A stretch of 58,995 nucleotides of DNA, from positions 1 to 58,995 of the IMG/VR virus record IMGVR_UViG_3300025536_000017; one strand, written 5' to 3'. The notes beneath the pieces were generated by a model. It did not search any database. It worked only from the letters and a program-made list of their open reading frames with translations, and had not been told where the DNA came from. The DNA is from a virus. Its lineage: Duplodnaviria > Caudoviricetes. Of this stretch, positions 37,484 through 46,233 are shown piece by piece. Positions within the stretch are counted from its first letter, which is position 1. Each line of letters begins with the position of its first letter. The translations under genes and the position numbers were made by a program.

Positions 37484-37730
37484 TCTCTCGTGCGATACGA
37501 TGTTGAAGCATCATCACTCCGCTTGCGATATCGTGCTTATAATCACCAGGATCATACCATTGCGTCCCAACATTATGGTTTGCGCCAACTGTAACGATCG
37601 CGAACGCGACAATCTCTCCGCTCCCTACTTTCTCAAAATGATGCGCCATTAGCTTAACGCAACCTTCAATCGGTTCTTGGCCAGTTACGATTGCGTCGCC
37701 GTGTAGGCTCACGATCTTGTTGTCACTCAT
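37434..37730 (-). CDS. Hypothetical protein
   Basis: MSDNKIVSLHG start overlapping the upstream stop (ATGA). Confidence 0.55.
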   Translation of the reverse strand: MSDNKIVSLHGDAIVTGQEPIEGCVKLMAHHFEKVGSGEIVAFAIVTVGANHNVGTQWYDPGDYKHDIASGVMMLQHRIAREIVDSGEEGDEGLDDGA

Positions 37731-37837
37731 TGCTGCACACTCGTCAGCATCGCGCCAGCCGCAGCGAGCGCACCAATGAAATGAATCGCGCATCCAATAA
37801 TGATGATGCGCACTAATCCATCTGGTAGATTCTTCAT
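37727..37837 (-). CDS. Small membrane peptide (36 aa)
   Basis: MKNLPDGLVRIIIIGCAIHFIGALAAAGAMLTSVQQ; ATGA-coupled at both ends. Confidence 0.55.
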   Translation of the reverse strand: MKNLPDGLVRIIIIGCAIHFIGALAAAGAMLTSVQQ

Positions 37838-39441
37838 ATCGACATTCCAGTCCTGCGAACGCGCTTCGACGGACGCCGCAAGCCATATTGTGGGTTCATC
37901 AGCACAGCTCCGAAGCGGTCAACGTCTTCGAATGCCTGGGCGAACTGGCGCAGCGCGTCTGCTGCTTCTGAGTGCTCATCATGTCGTGGCTGGTCTTTCC
38001 AAACGCCGAGCCGATCATTCCATTCACGGCGATACATTGACAGATGCGCTAGACCTTCCTTGCAGTTGGTTTCGTCAAACCAAAGCTGCGAGAATATCGA
38101 GCGCACACGTTCAATGCCGTGTTGAATCTCCTGCACGCGATCAACGGTTTCAAACCGCCATTGCGGCGCAAGCTCTTGCAGCATTTCGAGCGGCGAGGCG
38201 ACGCGATGCTCTTGCTGGCGCTTATGCAGCGCATCATGTGGTAGATAGTGACGGCCGAAGATGTATTGCGTCTCGGTCAGCGCGCGAATGAAATATTCAT
38301 ACGGCTCGAACCACGCTTCGATGTAGCCAATGAAACGATGCTCTTTGCCTATCTGCTGATGCAACCAAATGCCTGTCCCGTCGCGATTGCCAATATCCCA
38401 AAAGGTGTTGACTGGCACATTCGATACATGAGGAACATTTCCAATATGTCCAGCCTTCCGCGCTGCCGCCAACTGCTTCGCATAGAATGTCCCCTCCATC
38501 GATTGCTGAAAGGCTTCGCTTGGCGTTGACGGATATTCCTGCCACATGCGCTCCGCATCGCCGATCATTTCGCCTTCGCGCGTCGCGATATACCAAGCGC
38601 GCTTTCGCAACGACAGCTTGCGGCTTGTCTCGCCTTCGATCTTGTCGAAATACTCATGATCGGTCGGCGTAATCACGACGCCTTGCGGGTCCATCTCGTA
38701 TTCATTGTTGTCGTGCCACGCATAGAAATGAAATGCGTAGTCGCGCTTCGTCAACGTCTTGTTCTGCTCGAACAACTCCTGGGCGCGCTTCGTCATCTTG
38801 TAGAAGTCGCCGCTTTGGCCTTCAGCCGTCGATTCAATGATCGTGATGCCGTCGATTGGCACAGCCTGCAACGATCCGGTGACGACCTCTCGCGCCTTAT
38901 CTGGATATTTGGCGCATATCTTCCCAAACTCAGAGACATGCAACCGATTGATCGTGCCAGATCGCATAGATGTTGCAACGCGGATCGACGAATTGTTGTG
39001 ACCGAATAGCAGCTCATCTGCACTCTCGCGATGCAACGGCATTGTCACGCGAATCTCATCGGGAATATTCTCGTAGGCGAACTTCACCTTGTCGCGAAAG
39101 ATCACAGCCGCCGAATCGCGATCATGCGCGACGATGCCGCAACGCTGGTTTGGATTGAACAACGCATGGTCGAGCCACATGATGCAGATGAGCGTCGAGA
39201 ATCCTAGCTGACGCGCCTTGAGGATGATGTTGCGATTGTGCAGTCGCTTGAGCAACCGACGCTGCGCGCGATTGGGAACAAACGGAACGACCGAATGTTC
39301 GCTCTCGCGCTGTGGCGACTTGATGATGATCTTGTAGAGGTGGCCTGAGCAGATGCGCGCAACAGGATCGGCGAGCAGCGCATTCCATTCAGCGGCGCAT
39401 GTTGGGATTGGATATTGGCTCAAGCTGTCACCGCAAGCCAT
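37834..39441 (-). CDS. terL: Terminase large subunit
   Basis: ILKARQLGFST Walker A, LHVSE Walker B, ESTAEG, FWDIG..D, HDEHSEAADA nuclease motifs. Confidence 0.93.
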   Translation of the reverse strand: MACGDSLSQYPIPTCAAEWNALLADPVARICSGHLYKIIIKSPQRESEHSVVPFVPNRAQRRLLKRLHNRNIILKARQLGFSTLICIMWLDHALFNPNQRCGIVAHDRDSAAVIFRDKVKFAYENIPDEIRVTMPLHRESADELLFGHNNSSIRVATSMRSGTINRLHVSEFGKICAKYPDKAREVVTGSLQAVPIDGITIIESTAEGQSGDFYKMTKRAQELFEQNKTLTKRDYAFHFYAWHDNNEYEMDPQGVVITPTDHEYFDKIEGETSRKLSLRKRAWYIATREGEMIGDAERMWQEYPSTPSEAFQQSMEGTFYAKQLAAARKAGHIGNVPHVSNVPVNTFWDIGNRDGTGIWLHQQIGKEHRFIGYIEAWFEPYEYFIRALTETQYIFGRHYLPHDALHKRQQEHRVASPLEMLQELAPQWRFETVDRVQEIQHGIERVRSIFSQLWFDETNCKEGLAHLSMYRREWNDRLGVWKDQPRHDEHSEAADALRQFAQAFEDVDRFGAVLMNPQYGLRRPSKRVRRTGMSI

Positions 39442-39536
39442 AGTCTGCGCGCCCCATGGGCGACGACTCGTACGGCGACAAAAACCGCGAGCGCGACGAG
39501 CAGGGCGCGCGAAAATCCGTCTGGAAGACTACTCAT
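39420..39536 (-). CDS. Small membrane peptide (38 aa)
   Basis: MSSLPDGFSRALLVALAVFVAVRVVAHGARRLWLAVTA; overlaps terS end and terL start. Confidence 0.5.
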   Translation of the reverse strand: MSSLPDGFSRALLVALAVFVAVRVVAHGARRLWLAVTA

Positions 39537-40233
39537 CGTCGATTTCCGAGAAATCCCCATCAATAACCGAGTCAGGAGCGTCACTGGCTGCGTTTTTAGG
39601 GTCGGGTAGGGCCTTGGTAGTCGGGCGCAGCGCATAGCCCTGGGCGCGCTCCACAATGGCCGCAAACGGGTTGACCTCGATCTTGGCGTCCAAGTCGACT
39701 TTGATCGACGCCTTGCAGCCGATCGCGCCAGCCATTTGGTCGAGCGCTGCGAGCCGCGATGGAATTTCCACCTGAGTCTTGGTTTCGACGTGACAACCGT
39801 CCTTGTCGTAGCGCTGCGTGACGATGACCTTCTGAACGATGCGGCGCGCCGACTCAGGCATGTCAATCACAGGCAGCGGATTGCCAACATCGTCGAACAA
39901 TTCGGCGATGTCGAAGAATGCGATCTTGGCGTAGTGCTCGACAATCGCATCCTTGCGCGCACCAACTCGTTCCAGGCGATGCTCGCGTTCCTCGATGATG
40001 CGCTTCTTGATGGCCGGCGAGGCGAGCATGGAGTTGCCATGCCAAAGCGCGTCGGTGTGACGACAGCCGGCATGGATCGCCGCCTTACGCACGTCGCCAT
40101 AGATCGCGTAGTGCTCGATGAAAGCCTCTTGCCGAGCCTTGATCGTCCATCGCCGATTGCCAGACCGCATCTTGCCGCCAAACGAATGCGGCGTAATGCG
40201 CTGCTCGGGACCAAAATCAGAATCCATCGTCAT
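39529..40233 (-). CDS. terS: Terminase small subunit
   Basis: QEAFIEHY...AAIHAG HTH, IAFFDIAELFDD.GN..P, RLAALD; upstream of terL; start uncertain. Confidence 0.8.
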   Translation of the reverse strand: MTMDSDFGPEQRITPHSFGGKMRSGNRRWTIKARQEAFIEHYAIYGDVRKAAIHAGCRHTDALWHGNSMLASPAIKKRIIEEREHRLERVGARKDAIVEHYAKIAFFDIAELFDDVGNPLPVIDMPESARRIVQKVIVTQRYDKDGCHVETKTQVEIPSRLAALDQMAGAIGCKASIKVDLDAKIEVNPFAAIVERAQGYALRPTTKALPDPKNAASDAPDSVIDGDFSEIDDE

Positions 40234-40311
40234 GCAGCAGAAGCTATCAGATAAATCTGATTCAACAAGCGGCGAGAGGGAACATCCATAGGTTGTATTT
40301 TTGGAGCACAA

Positions 40312-40830
40312 CCAAAAAATCGCAAATTCGACGTTTTACGTTAAGCGTAAGCCCTAGCGTCCTAAATAAGCTAGTTGGTCAGGAAATGGGGTCTGAGGGG
40401 GTATATAAATCTACGAACCCACGGTATTAAATATATATAATCATTACGTTTTATTGTCGAATTTAGGCATGATTGTAACTATTCCCAAATCGGGAATCTT
40501 TTAAAAACAATAACTTGTCCTAATTAGAAATTCCACACCGATTGCAGTTTAATTTCAAATTATGGCTTCTGAGCACGTTTCGCGCAAAAGTTAATAACAC
40601 ATGTTTCAGTGGGTAAATTAAACTTTCCCAGACGCCACAATCACAATTCAAACTCAGAACTTTTTTGAAAACCCCTCTCTATAAATTACAATGAGTTATG
40701 AATAGCCGGAATCGCTAGAAAACGAATTTTTTTCCTGATTTTGCTCTCGATGTTCAGATCGACAGATTTTCAAAAACAGGGATTTAAAACAGTAAAATCT
40801 GTGCTATATCACCTAAAGCAGAAAATTCTG
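40312..40830. promoter_or_regulatory. AT-rich divergent control/packaging region
   Basis: About 500-bp non-coding AT-rich gap between divergent terS and the rightward genes; several IHF-like WAWCAR-N4-TTR matches. Confidence 0.55.
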
Positions 40831-40845
40831 ATGGAGGTTTATGCC

Positions 40846-41352
40846 ATGCCTAGGTTTCTAAAGCGCAAAATGCGCAATCTGGCCGTCAAATATCACAACG
40901 GAACATACAATCTTTCATGTGATTATGAAGGATCAAGATACACGGCATGGGTAGATGAGAATCTAAACAATGATAATTATTTCATTTACAAAAACACCAT
41001 TGCCGATGGTCGCGGCAATCCAAAGACGCGCAAGATTGATACGTCATGCTTATTCGGCGGATCATTGTTCGAGGCGATGAAATCCGAGGCCAGCAAGAAT
41101 CTTATGATGTTTAAAGCGCGACGCGCTAATGCTGAGCTGCTAGATGAGAGAAGGATAAAGATCGCCAAGCTATCCATGGCTTGCGATCTTTATGACATGG
41201 CCATGTGGATGGTCCACAAGATCAAGAACGGCGGCGTGTTTAGCGCCGACGAGATTGCATCAATCGACACGATATTAAACATTGCGAACGGCAATCAAAA
41301 AATGCCGATTGCAAAGTCAGAAAATTCTGATAGTGTCGTTACTGAGCAATGA
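40846..41352 (+). CDS. Hypothetical early protein
   Basis: GGAGG RBS at 40833 before ATG 40846. Confidence 0.6.
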   Translation: MPRFLKRKMRNLAVKYHNGTYNLSCDYEGSRYTAWVDENLNNDNYFIYKNTIADGRGNPKTRKIDTSCLFGGSLFEAMKSEASKNLMMFKARRANAELLDERRIKIAKLSMACDLYDMAMWMVHKIKNGGVFSADEIASIDTILNIANGNQKMPIAKSENSDSVVTEQ

Positions 41353-41372
41353 AGCTCATGGAGCTAATGCAC

Positions 41373-41498
41373 ATGAAACAATATCGCTTCTATGCCAGCA
41401 ATGGCGACTACCTAGGGCGCTACACGTTTCGACCCGATCAGGTTCGGCTGCTGTTTCAGTTTGCGGCTGTGAAGCGTGGTAGTGTGTATCTGGTTTGA
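41373..41498 (+). CDS. Small hypothetical protein
   Basis: GGAG RBS; MKQYRFYASNGDYLGRYTF... Confidence 0.4.
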   Translation: MKQYRFYASNGDYLGRYTFRPDQVRLLFQFAAVKRGSVYLV

Positions 41499-41557
41499 CC
41501 GCTGCTTTATGCGCGTCGCGAGGCGCGCATATTGGAACGATCACAGGAGCAACAGCG

Positions 41558-41701
41558 ATGATCTTCTATTCAATCTTATGGAACGGCCAGGGATATGGCG
41601 TCACAACGTATGTTTTGCCACACCAGATAGGCCGCGAGCATTACTATGCAGAAGATCGGTCGTGGTGGCTGATTCCAGGCACGTTCGATCTTAACGCTTG
41701 A
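41558..41701 (+). CDS. Small hypothetical protein
   Basis: AGGAG RBS; MIFYSILWNGQGYG... Confidence 0.45.
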   Translation: MIFYSILWNGQGYGVTTYVLPHQIGREHYYAEDRSWWLIPGTFDLNA

Positions 41702-41726
41702 CACCAAAATCAGAAAAATCTAATTT
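41698..41726 (+). promoter_or_regulatory. Sigma70-type promoter overlapped by the palindromic operator
   Basis: TTGACA-17 bp-TAATTT with TCAGAAAAATCTAA at 41710-41723. Confidence 0.6.
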
Positions 41727-41747
41727 CCCCCTGACTAGGAAACCGAC

Positions 41748-42008
41748 ATGAATGACGCAATGCGCTACGACTATCTGAAAATCTACGACGCGGCCATGAA
41801 AGCCGACGCGGCGTGGCAGGCTGAGCTTGTGCGCCTCTTTGGCAAGAAGGCCGGCGACGTGCGCTACCAGCCAGCAGGGAAGGGCCAGGAAGGCTCCGAG
41901 TTGCGCCGGCTGTATCTCGAATTTCGCCGCACGAGCGACGCGCTCCAGGCGGCGTGGGAGGCGGTGTGGGACGAGGCGCGCGCGAAGCGCAAGGCTGGAG
42001 CGCTCTAA
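41748..42008 (+). CDS. Hypothetical protein
   Basis: AGGA RBS; ADAAWQAELVRLFGKKAGDVRY pattern. Confidence 0.65.
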   Translation: MNDAMRYDYLKIYDAAMKADAAWQAELVRLFGKKAGDVRYQPAGKGQEGSELRRLYLEFRRTSDALQAAWEAVWDEARAKRKAGAL

Positions 42009-42009
42009 C

Positions 42010-42294
42010 ATGGCTTGCAAACTCAAGATCGGCGACACAGTCGCCTACACGGCAAAATTCTTGAAAAATACCGGCCAGTTTACCGGCAACGCTGGATTCC
42101 GGCGCGGCGAGTTGCTTTCATTCGACCATCAATACGCACGCGTGCGTTGGAATGATTGGAGCGAATCATATCGCGCCGCGTTGGCTGATCGATATGGAGA
42201 GGACTACGCCGAAGACGCAGAGAAAAATGGGCAGATGGTGGCGCTGGTAAATATCTGCGCCGCTAGACCCTCAACGCAATTCTGCGCCTGCTGA
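42010..42294 (+). CDS. Hypothetical protein (SH3/KOW-like)
   Basis: GGAG RBS; KIGDTVAY...RG....ARVRW. Confidence 0.55.
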   Translation: MACKLKIGDTVAYTAKFLKNTGQFTGNAGFRRGELLSFDHQYARVRWNDWSESYRAALADRYGEDYAEDAEKNGQMVALVNICAARPSTQFCAC

Positions 42295-42323
42295 ATCAGA
42301 AATATCTAACCGGAGCTAATGCA

Positions 42324-42869
42324 ATGACGATCACCACAACACTGAATCGCATCCGCGAGCATGGCCCCTGCGAAGACGGCTGGCGCAAACTGCTTGCCGG
42401 CCTTGGTAAGACCCAAGCCGACGACGAGCCGCTGCCATACGCGCGCATTGTCGAGATCAACGGTATCAATGATGCGCTTTGGGCGTGCCGCGCTGAGCCG
42501 CAGCATGCCAAGGAATGGCGGCTGTTCGCCGTGTGGTGTGCGCGACAAGTCGAACATCTGATGGAAGACGATCGCTCTTGCGCGGCGCTGAACGTCGCCG
42601 AACGATACGCTAACGGGCAAGCGACAGACGAAGAATTGGCTGCTGCGAGGGCTGCTGCGTGGGATGCTGCGTGGGATGCTGCGAGGGCTGCTGCGAGGGC
42701 TGCTGCGGGGGCTGCTGCGTGGGATGCTGCGAGGGCTGCTGCGTGGGATGCTGCGAGGGCTGCTGCGTGGGATGCTGCGTGGGATGCTGCGTGGGCTGCT
42801 GCGAGGGCTGCTGCGTGGGATGCTGCGGGGGCCGCGCAAACCAAAAAGTTTCTCGAAATTGTTGGGTGA
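42324..42869 (+). CDS. Conserved phage protein with AAWD/AAAR repeats
   Basis: TTLNRIREHGPCEDGWRKLL...NGINDALW...RLFAVWCAR; GGAG RBS. Confidence 0.75.
   Translation: MTITTTLNRIREHGPCEDGWRKLLAGLGKTQADDEPLPYARIVEINGINDALWACRAEPQHAKEWRLFAVWCARQVEHLMEDDRSCAALNVAERYANGQATDEELAAARAAAWDAAWDAARAAARAAAGAAAWDAARAAAWDAARAAAWDAAWDAAWAAARAAAWDAAGAAQTKKFLEIVG
42639..42830 (+). repeat. 16 x 12-bp tandem repeat GMTGCTGCGDGG
   Basis: Counted directly; only positions 2 and 10 of the unit vary. Confidence 0.95.
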
Positions 42870-42873
42870 CACA

Positions 42874-43143
42874 ATGTCCACAATACTATTCGACACTAAG
42901 ACGTTTCGCCTCATCAGCTACGGGCATGGCATGGCCTATGCGCTACGTCATAAGGCCAATGAAGCTACCGCCTTTATGCAGGGCGACGACGCCACACAAT
43001 TCGACAACGATCTTGAAAGCGCCTCACTCGCCAATCCAAAGGAGGGGCCAGAACAATGGTTGCGCCGCTTGTGGTGCGACTATGAATATTGCCTCGCCGC
43101 TCAACGCGACGACGACGTAGCTGCTTTAGGGGAGGAAGTGTAA
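42874..43143 (+). CDS. Hypothetical protein
   Basis: SYGHGMAYAL...FMQGDDA..F motif. Confidence 0.6.
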   Translation: MSTILFDTKTFRLISYGHGMAYALRHKANEATAFMQGDDATQFDNDLESASLANPKEGPEQWLRRLWCDYEYCLAAQRDDDVAALGEEV

Positions 43144-43373
43144 TGACACGCGGCGCGCGCCAACTCTACCGAGCAATCCGCTGGCGACTTCCGTTTAGAG
43201 AATGGCCTCTCCCAGGCCGATGCAATTGCTGCGGCGCGTGGACGCTCCTGCGGACCAATGAGAGGCCGGCCTATTCAGCCTACGACGGAGCCTATCTGTG
43301 CGAGCCATGCGCTGAGCAGAACGACAAAGAGACGGAAATTGCGTGGCAGGAATATTATCGTGGGCTCCTATGA
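43143..43373 (+). CDS. Hypothetical Zn-finger-like protein
   Basis: GGAGG RBS; CNCC...CEPC...WQEYY. Confidence 0.55.
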   Translation: MTRGARQLYRAIRWRLPFREWPLPGRCNCCGAWTLLRTNERPAYSAYDGAYLCEPCAEQNDKETEIAWQEYYRGLL

Positions 43374-43465
43374 ACGACATCATCGAAATCATTGCGACAT
43401 GCGCTTGTGCAGTTGTCGCTGGAGCCGCAATCGCAGCTTCCGCTGCATGGATTATTTTCTCTTAG
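43370..43465 (+). CDS. Small membrane peptide (31 aa)
   Basis: ATGA-coupled; MNDIIEIIATCACAVVAGAAIAASAAWIIFS. Confidence 0.45.
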   Translation: MNDIIEIIATCACAVVAGAAIAASAAWIIFS

Positions 43466-43474
43466 GAGAGAGCC

Positions 43475-43735
43475 ATGTCTTTGCATGACGGTTACACGCC
43501 TCGCCGCCGACCGCCTCGCACAAGCGACGAGGCGCGAGCCTTCACGCTGGAGCGCATATCGCGGCGAAGATTTGCACAAGAGCTAATGAGCCGCGCAGCG
43601 TCGCGCCATGGCAGTCAGAAAAAGCTGATAGCGGCGCGCGCCACGCAAACAAAGCGCAACAATGCCAATCGCGGAAAGGTGACGCTGCCAACCCTTTCGT
43701 TTCTACAAGGCGCAGCAATGGAGAGTGATGAATGA
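43475..43735 (+). CDS. Hypothetical basic protein
   Basis: AGGAG RBS; Arg-rich, ends KVTLPTLSFL. Confidence 0.55.
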   Translation: MSLHDGYTPRRRPPRTSDEARAFTLERISRRRFAQELMSRAASRHGSQKKLIAARATQTKRNNANRGKVTLPTLSFLQGAAMESDE

Positions 43736-43920
43736 GTAATTTTGATTTTGTGACTATCGTGTTTCTGATTCCTGGCGCAGTTGGAGCGCTCGTGATTCAG
43801 AACATCGCCATGCGATCCGATGCTGCGCTGGCGCTACGCAAGGCGACGCGACCAGTATTCAATGTCGAATTTCGCATTGTTGGCGACAACGCGCCGTGGT
43901 GGAAATTTTGGGGTAGCTGA
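43732..43920 (+). CDS. Small membrane protein
   Basis: One TM segment; PWWKFW C-terminus. Confidence 0.55.
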   Translation: MSNFDFVTIVFLIPGAVGALVIQNIAMRSDAALALRKATRPVFNVEFRIVGDNAPWWKFWGS

Positions 43921-44222
43921 TGAGCGAATATCCGCCACCGGGATTCGTTAGTGAGGCTTTCCGCCTCGCTAACCCCAACACAAATGAGTTTGTGTTGATC
44001 GCAATCGAGTCGATAGCTACGCGCGATCGATCGGCGCAGGCTATCCACGACGATCCAATGAACGAGGAATGGTCGTTGGTGAACGCGATTATTACCGAAT
44101 GGGATTGTAACGGAGAAATTGAAGGCGGAGACGGGTGGGGAATGTGGTTCTCAGAATACGAATGGTATGGCCAAACATCGATCTGTGTCAGTGGAATGGA
44201 GGAAGATGACGATGATTACTGA
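43920..44222 (+). CDS. Hypothetical acidic protein
   Basis: TGATG-coupled ORF. Confidence 0.5.
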   Translation: MSEYPPPGFVSEAFRLANPNTNEFVLIAIESIATRDRSAQAIHDDPMNEEWSLVNAIITEWDCNGEIEGGDGWGMWFSEYEWYGQTSICVSGMEEDDDDY

Positions 44223-44529
44223 AATCGGACTAGCGGCACTGGCTGTGTCGCCTGTTATTGGGCTGATGATCTCTGGTGAAATCAGAACAAAGAAAGACGC
44301 CTACGAATCCGCGTTTCGAGAAGGTGAAAAATGCGGATCGGAGTTGGCGATGCTGACGGCGCGCATCACGATAAAATCTCTCCAAAGGAAAAACAAAAAT
44401 CTGGTTGATGAACTCGATGGAGTGCAATCGCGACTTGATGATTTGCAGATGGAGCTGAACGAGTTGCACAAACCGTATCCTACCGCCGAAGCCTACATGG
44501 CTTGCATGAATTGGGGAGCGCGCCAGTGA
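44206..44529 (+). CDS. Hypothetical membrane-anchored coiled-coil protein
   Basis: GGAGG RBS; N-terminal hydrophobic segment plus heptads. Confidence 0.55.
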   Translation: MTMITEIGLAALAVSPVIGLMISGEIRTKKDAYESAFREGEKCGSELAMLTARITIKSLQRKNKNLVDELDGVQSRLDDLQMELNELHKPYPTAEAYMACMNWGARQ

Positions 44530-45527
44530 CAACGATTTCGGCGACAAGTATCCTCGCGTCGAAGCACGCGATCACCGGCGACCGTATCGACACGCTGCTG
44601 CTGCGCTATCCGCGCTGGATTCACGCCGAAGGGCGCACGCATCGTCTGATGAAGATCGGCGAGGGTGTCGAGATATTGGTTCCGACGCCGAGCCTGATGG
44701 AAGACGAAAACCTTTCACGCAACGCCTCGTCGTCACGCGCTATCCCCGTCGAAAAGCTGATCCAAGACGTTCTCGACGATCCGGCCGTGCCGTTGTTCTG
44801 GGGCGCGAACCAGAAGGGGATGCAGGCCGACGAGGAGTGCGATAGCACCGTTTTAATTGCGGAGGGCGACGACGATCTGAATGGTGAACCCTTGGTTATG
44901 GACCGTGACGAAGCCTGGCATGCAGCTATGGAGGACGCCGTCGAGTGGGCGAAGCGGTTTTCCAGCGCCGGCTATCATAAGCAGATCGTCAACCGGCTGC
45001 TCGAACCGTTCTCGCATATCACCGTCGTTGCGACCGCGACGAACTGGTCAAACTTCCTGGCGCTGCGCGATCACCCCGACGCCGAGCCGCACATTCAAAT
45101 GTTGGCGGCGGAGATTCGGACAGCGCTCGACGACGCGATTGTGCAAGAGTTGCAGCCAGGCGAGTGGCATCTGCCGTTTGTAACAAGCGAAGATTGGAGA
45201 TGCTTTCCGCAAGACCTTGTCGTGGGCGGAGACGGATATTCCCACGACGAAGCAATCGATAGCTTGATGAAGGTTTCCGCCGCACGCTGCGCCAGCGCGT
45301 CCTACAAGACGGTCGACGGCTTCGACATGACGATCGAACGTGCGGTGGCGCTCGTCGACAAGCTGATCGGATCAACGCCGCTCCACGCCAGTCCGTTTGA
45401 ACACGTCGCGCAGGCTGACCGCATCTCGGAAATTCGCGGGTGGAGAGAATACGAGCACCACAAGCAGCACGGGAATTTCACTGGATTTCGTCAATGGCGG
45501 AAGATGTTGCCTAACGAGTGCCAGTAA
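44526..45527 (+). CDS. thyX: FAD-dependent thymidylate synthase (phage ThyX-like)
   Basis: YPRWIHAE..THR, SRNASSSRAIP, HKQIVNRLLEPF, HASPFEH; GTG start with GGGGAG RBS. Confidence 0.85.
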   Translation: MTTISATSILASKHAITGDRIDTLLLRYPRWIHAEGRTHRLMKIGEGVEILVPTPSLMEDENLSRNASSSRAIPVEKLIQDVLDDPAVPLFWGANQKGMQADEECDSTVLIAEGDDDLNGEPLVMDRDEAWHAAMEDAVEWAKRFSSAGYHKQIVNRLLEPFSHITVVATATNWSNFLALRDHPDAEPHIQMLAAEIRTALDDAIVQELQPGEWHLPFVTSEDWRCFPQDLVVGGDGYSHDEAIDSLMKVSAARCASASYKTVDGFDMTIERAVALVDKLIGSTPLHASPFEHVAQADRISEIRGWREYEHHKQHGNFTGFRQWRKMLPNECQ

Positions 45528-45541
45528 TCAGATTGCGACGG

Positions 45542-45570
45542 TTGACAAGTCAGAAAAATCTGACTTTAAT
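45542..45570 (+). promoter_or_regulatory. Sigma70-type promoter with palindromic operator in the spacer
   Basis: TTGACA-17 bp-TTTAAT; the spacer holds TCAGAAAAATCTGA, extending to AAGTCAGA-AAAA-TCTGACTT. Confidence 0.75.
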
Positions 45571-45604
45571 TAGCCGTCGCAATCTTGCGAATCAACCAAG
45601 GCCA

Positions 45605-46099
45605 ATGCAGATGCAAATGTGGGTTCAGGCTTATGGGTGGCCAAAATACGAGGTTAGCAATCTTGGCTCTGTGCGTAGAAAATCCAGCGGTCGAATCCTA
45701 AAACCAACCTTTGATAAAGGATATCCAAGGGTTTGCCTATGTGAGAATTGCAAATCAAAAATGGTTTTTGTTCATGTTATTGTTTGCAGAACATTTCACG
45801 GCCCACCACCGTCTGATTTACACGAGGTAGCCCATAACGATGGCGACCGTGAAAATCCATCCGCCGACAATCTTCGATGGGCTACTCGCTCAGAAAACCA
45901 CGCAGACAAGAAGTTGCACGGAACATCTCAACATGGGACCGCAAATGGATCGTCTGTATTGACGGATGAAGATGTTATCACAATTAGGGCTGAGTATATT
46001 CCGCGTAAAAACAGCATGGATAAATTGGCCAAGAAATTCGGTGTCAATAAGAGAACGATTCATAAGATCATCAACAACAAGTTGTGGAGGCACATATGA
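45605..46099 (+). CDS. NUMOD4-HNH homing endonuclease
   Basis: YEVSNLGSVR, VHVIVCRTFHG, VAHNDGDRENPSADNLRWAT..EN; C-terminal HTH. Confidence 0.9.
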   Translation: MQMQMWVQAYGWPKYEVSNLGSVRRKSSGRILKPTFDKGYPRVCLCENCKSKMVFVHVIVCRTFHGPPPSDLHEVAHNDGDRENPSADNLRWATRSENHADKKLHGTSQHGTANGSSVLTDEDVITIRAEYIPRKNSMDKLAKKFGVNKRTIHKIINNKLWRHI

Positions 46100-46233
46100 C
46101 CAGCGCCGACGCTGGCAGGGCCGCCGGCGACCGCGCGAGCTTCTCCAGGCCGGTTGGTGGGTCGAACGGAATTGGCGGCCTGTTGGGGCGCTAACGCGAA
46201 AGAAAGTCACAAACAATAGATAGCGAGAATAAA

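Noticed and set aside
40312-40830. CtrA boxes (TTAA-N7-TTAA) in the control region
   Set aside because: Only isolated TTAA half-sites seen; no full match found by eye
42639-42830. Possible CRISPR array
   Set aside because: Contiguous 12-bp units without spacers, inside a CDS
42296-43143. Long alternative-frame ORFs (PRSS, LRGM, GCCE repeats) over the 12-bp array
   Set aside because: The stop-free repeat opens all frames; only 42324..42869 has an RBS and a conserved non-repeat domain
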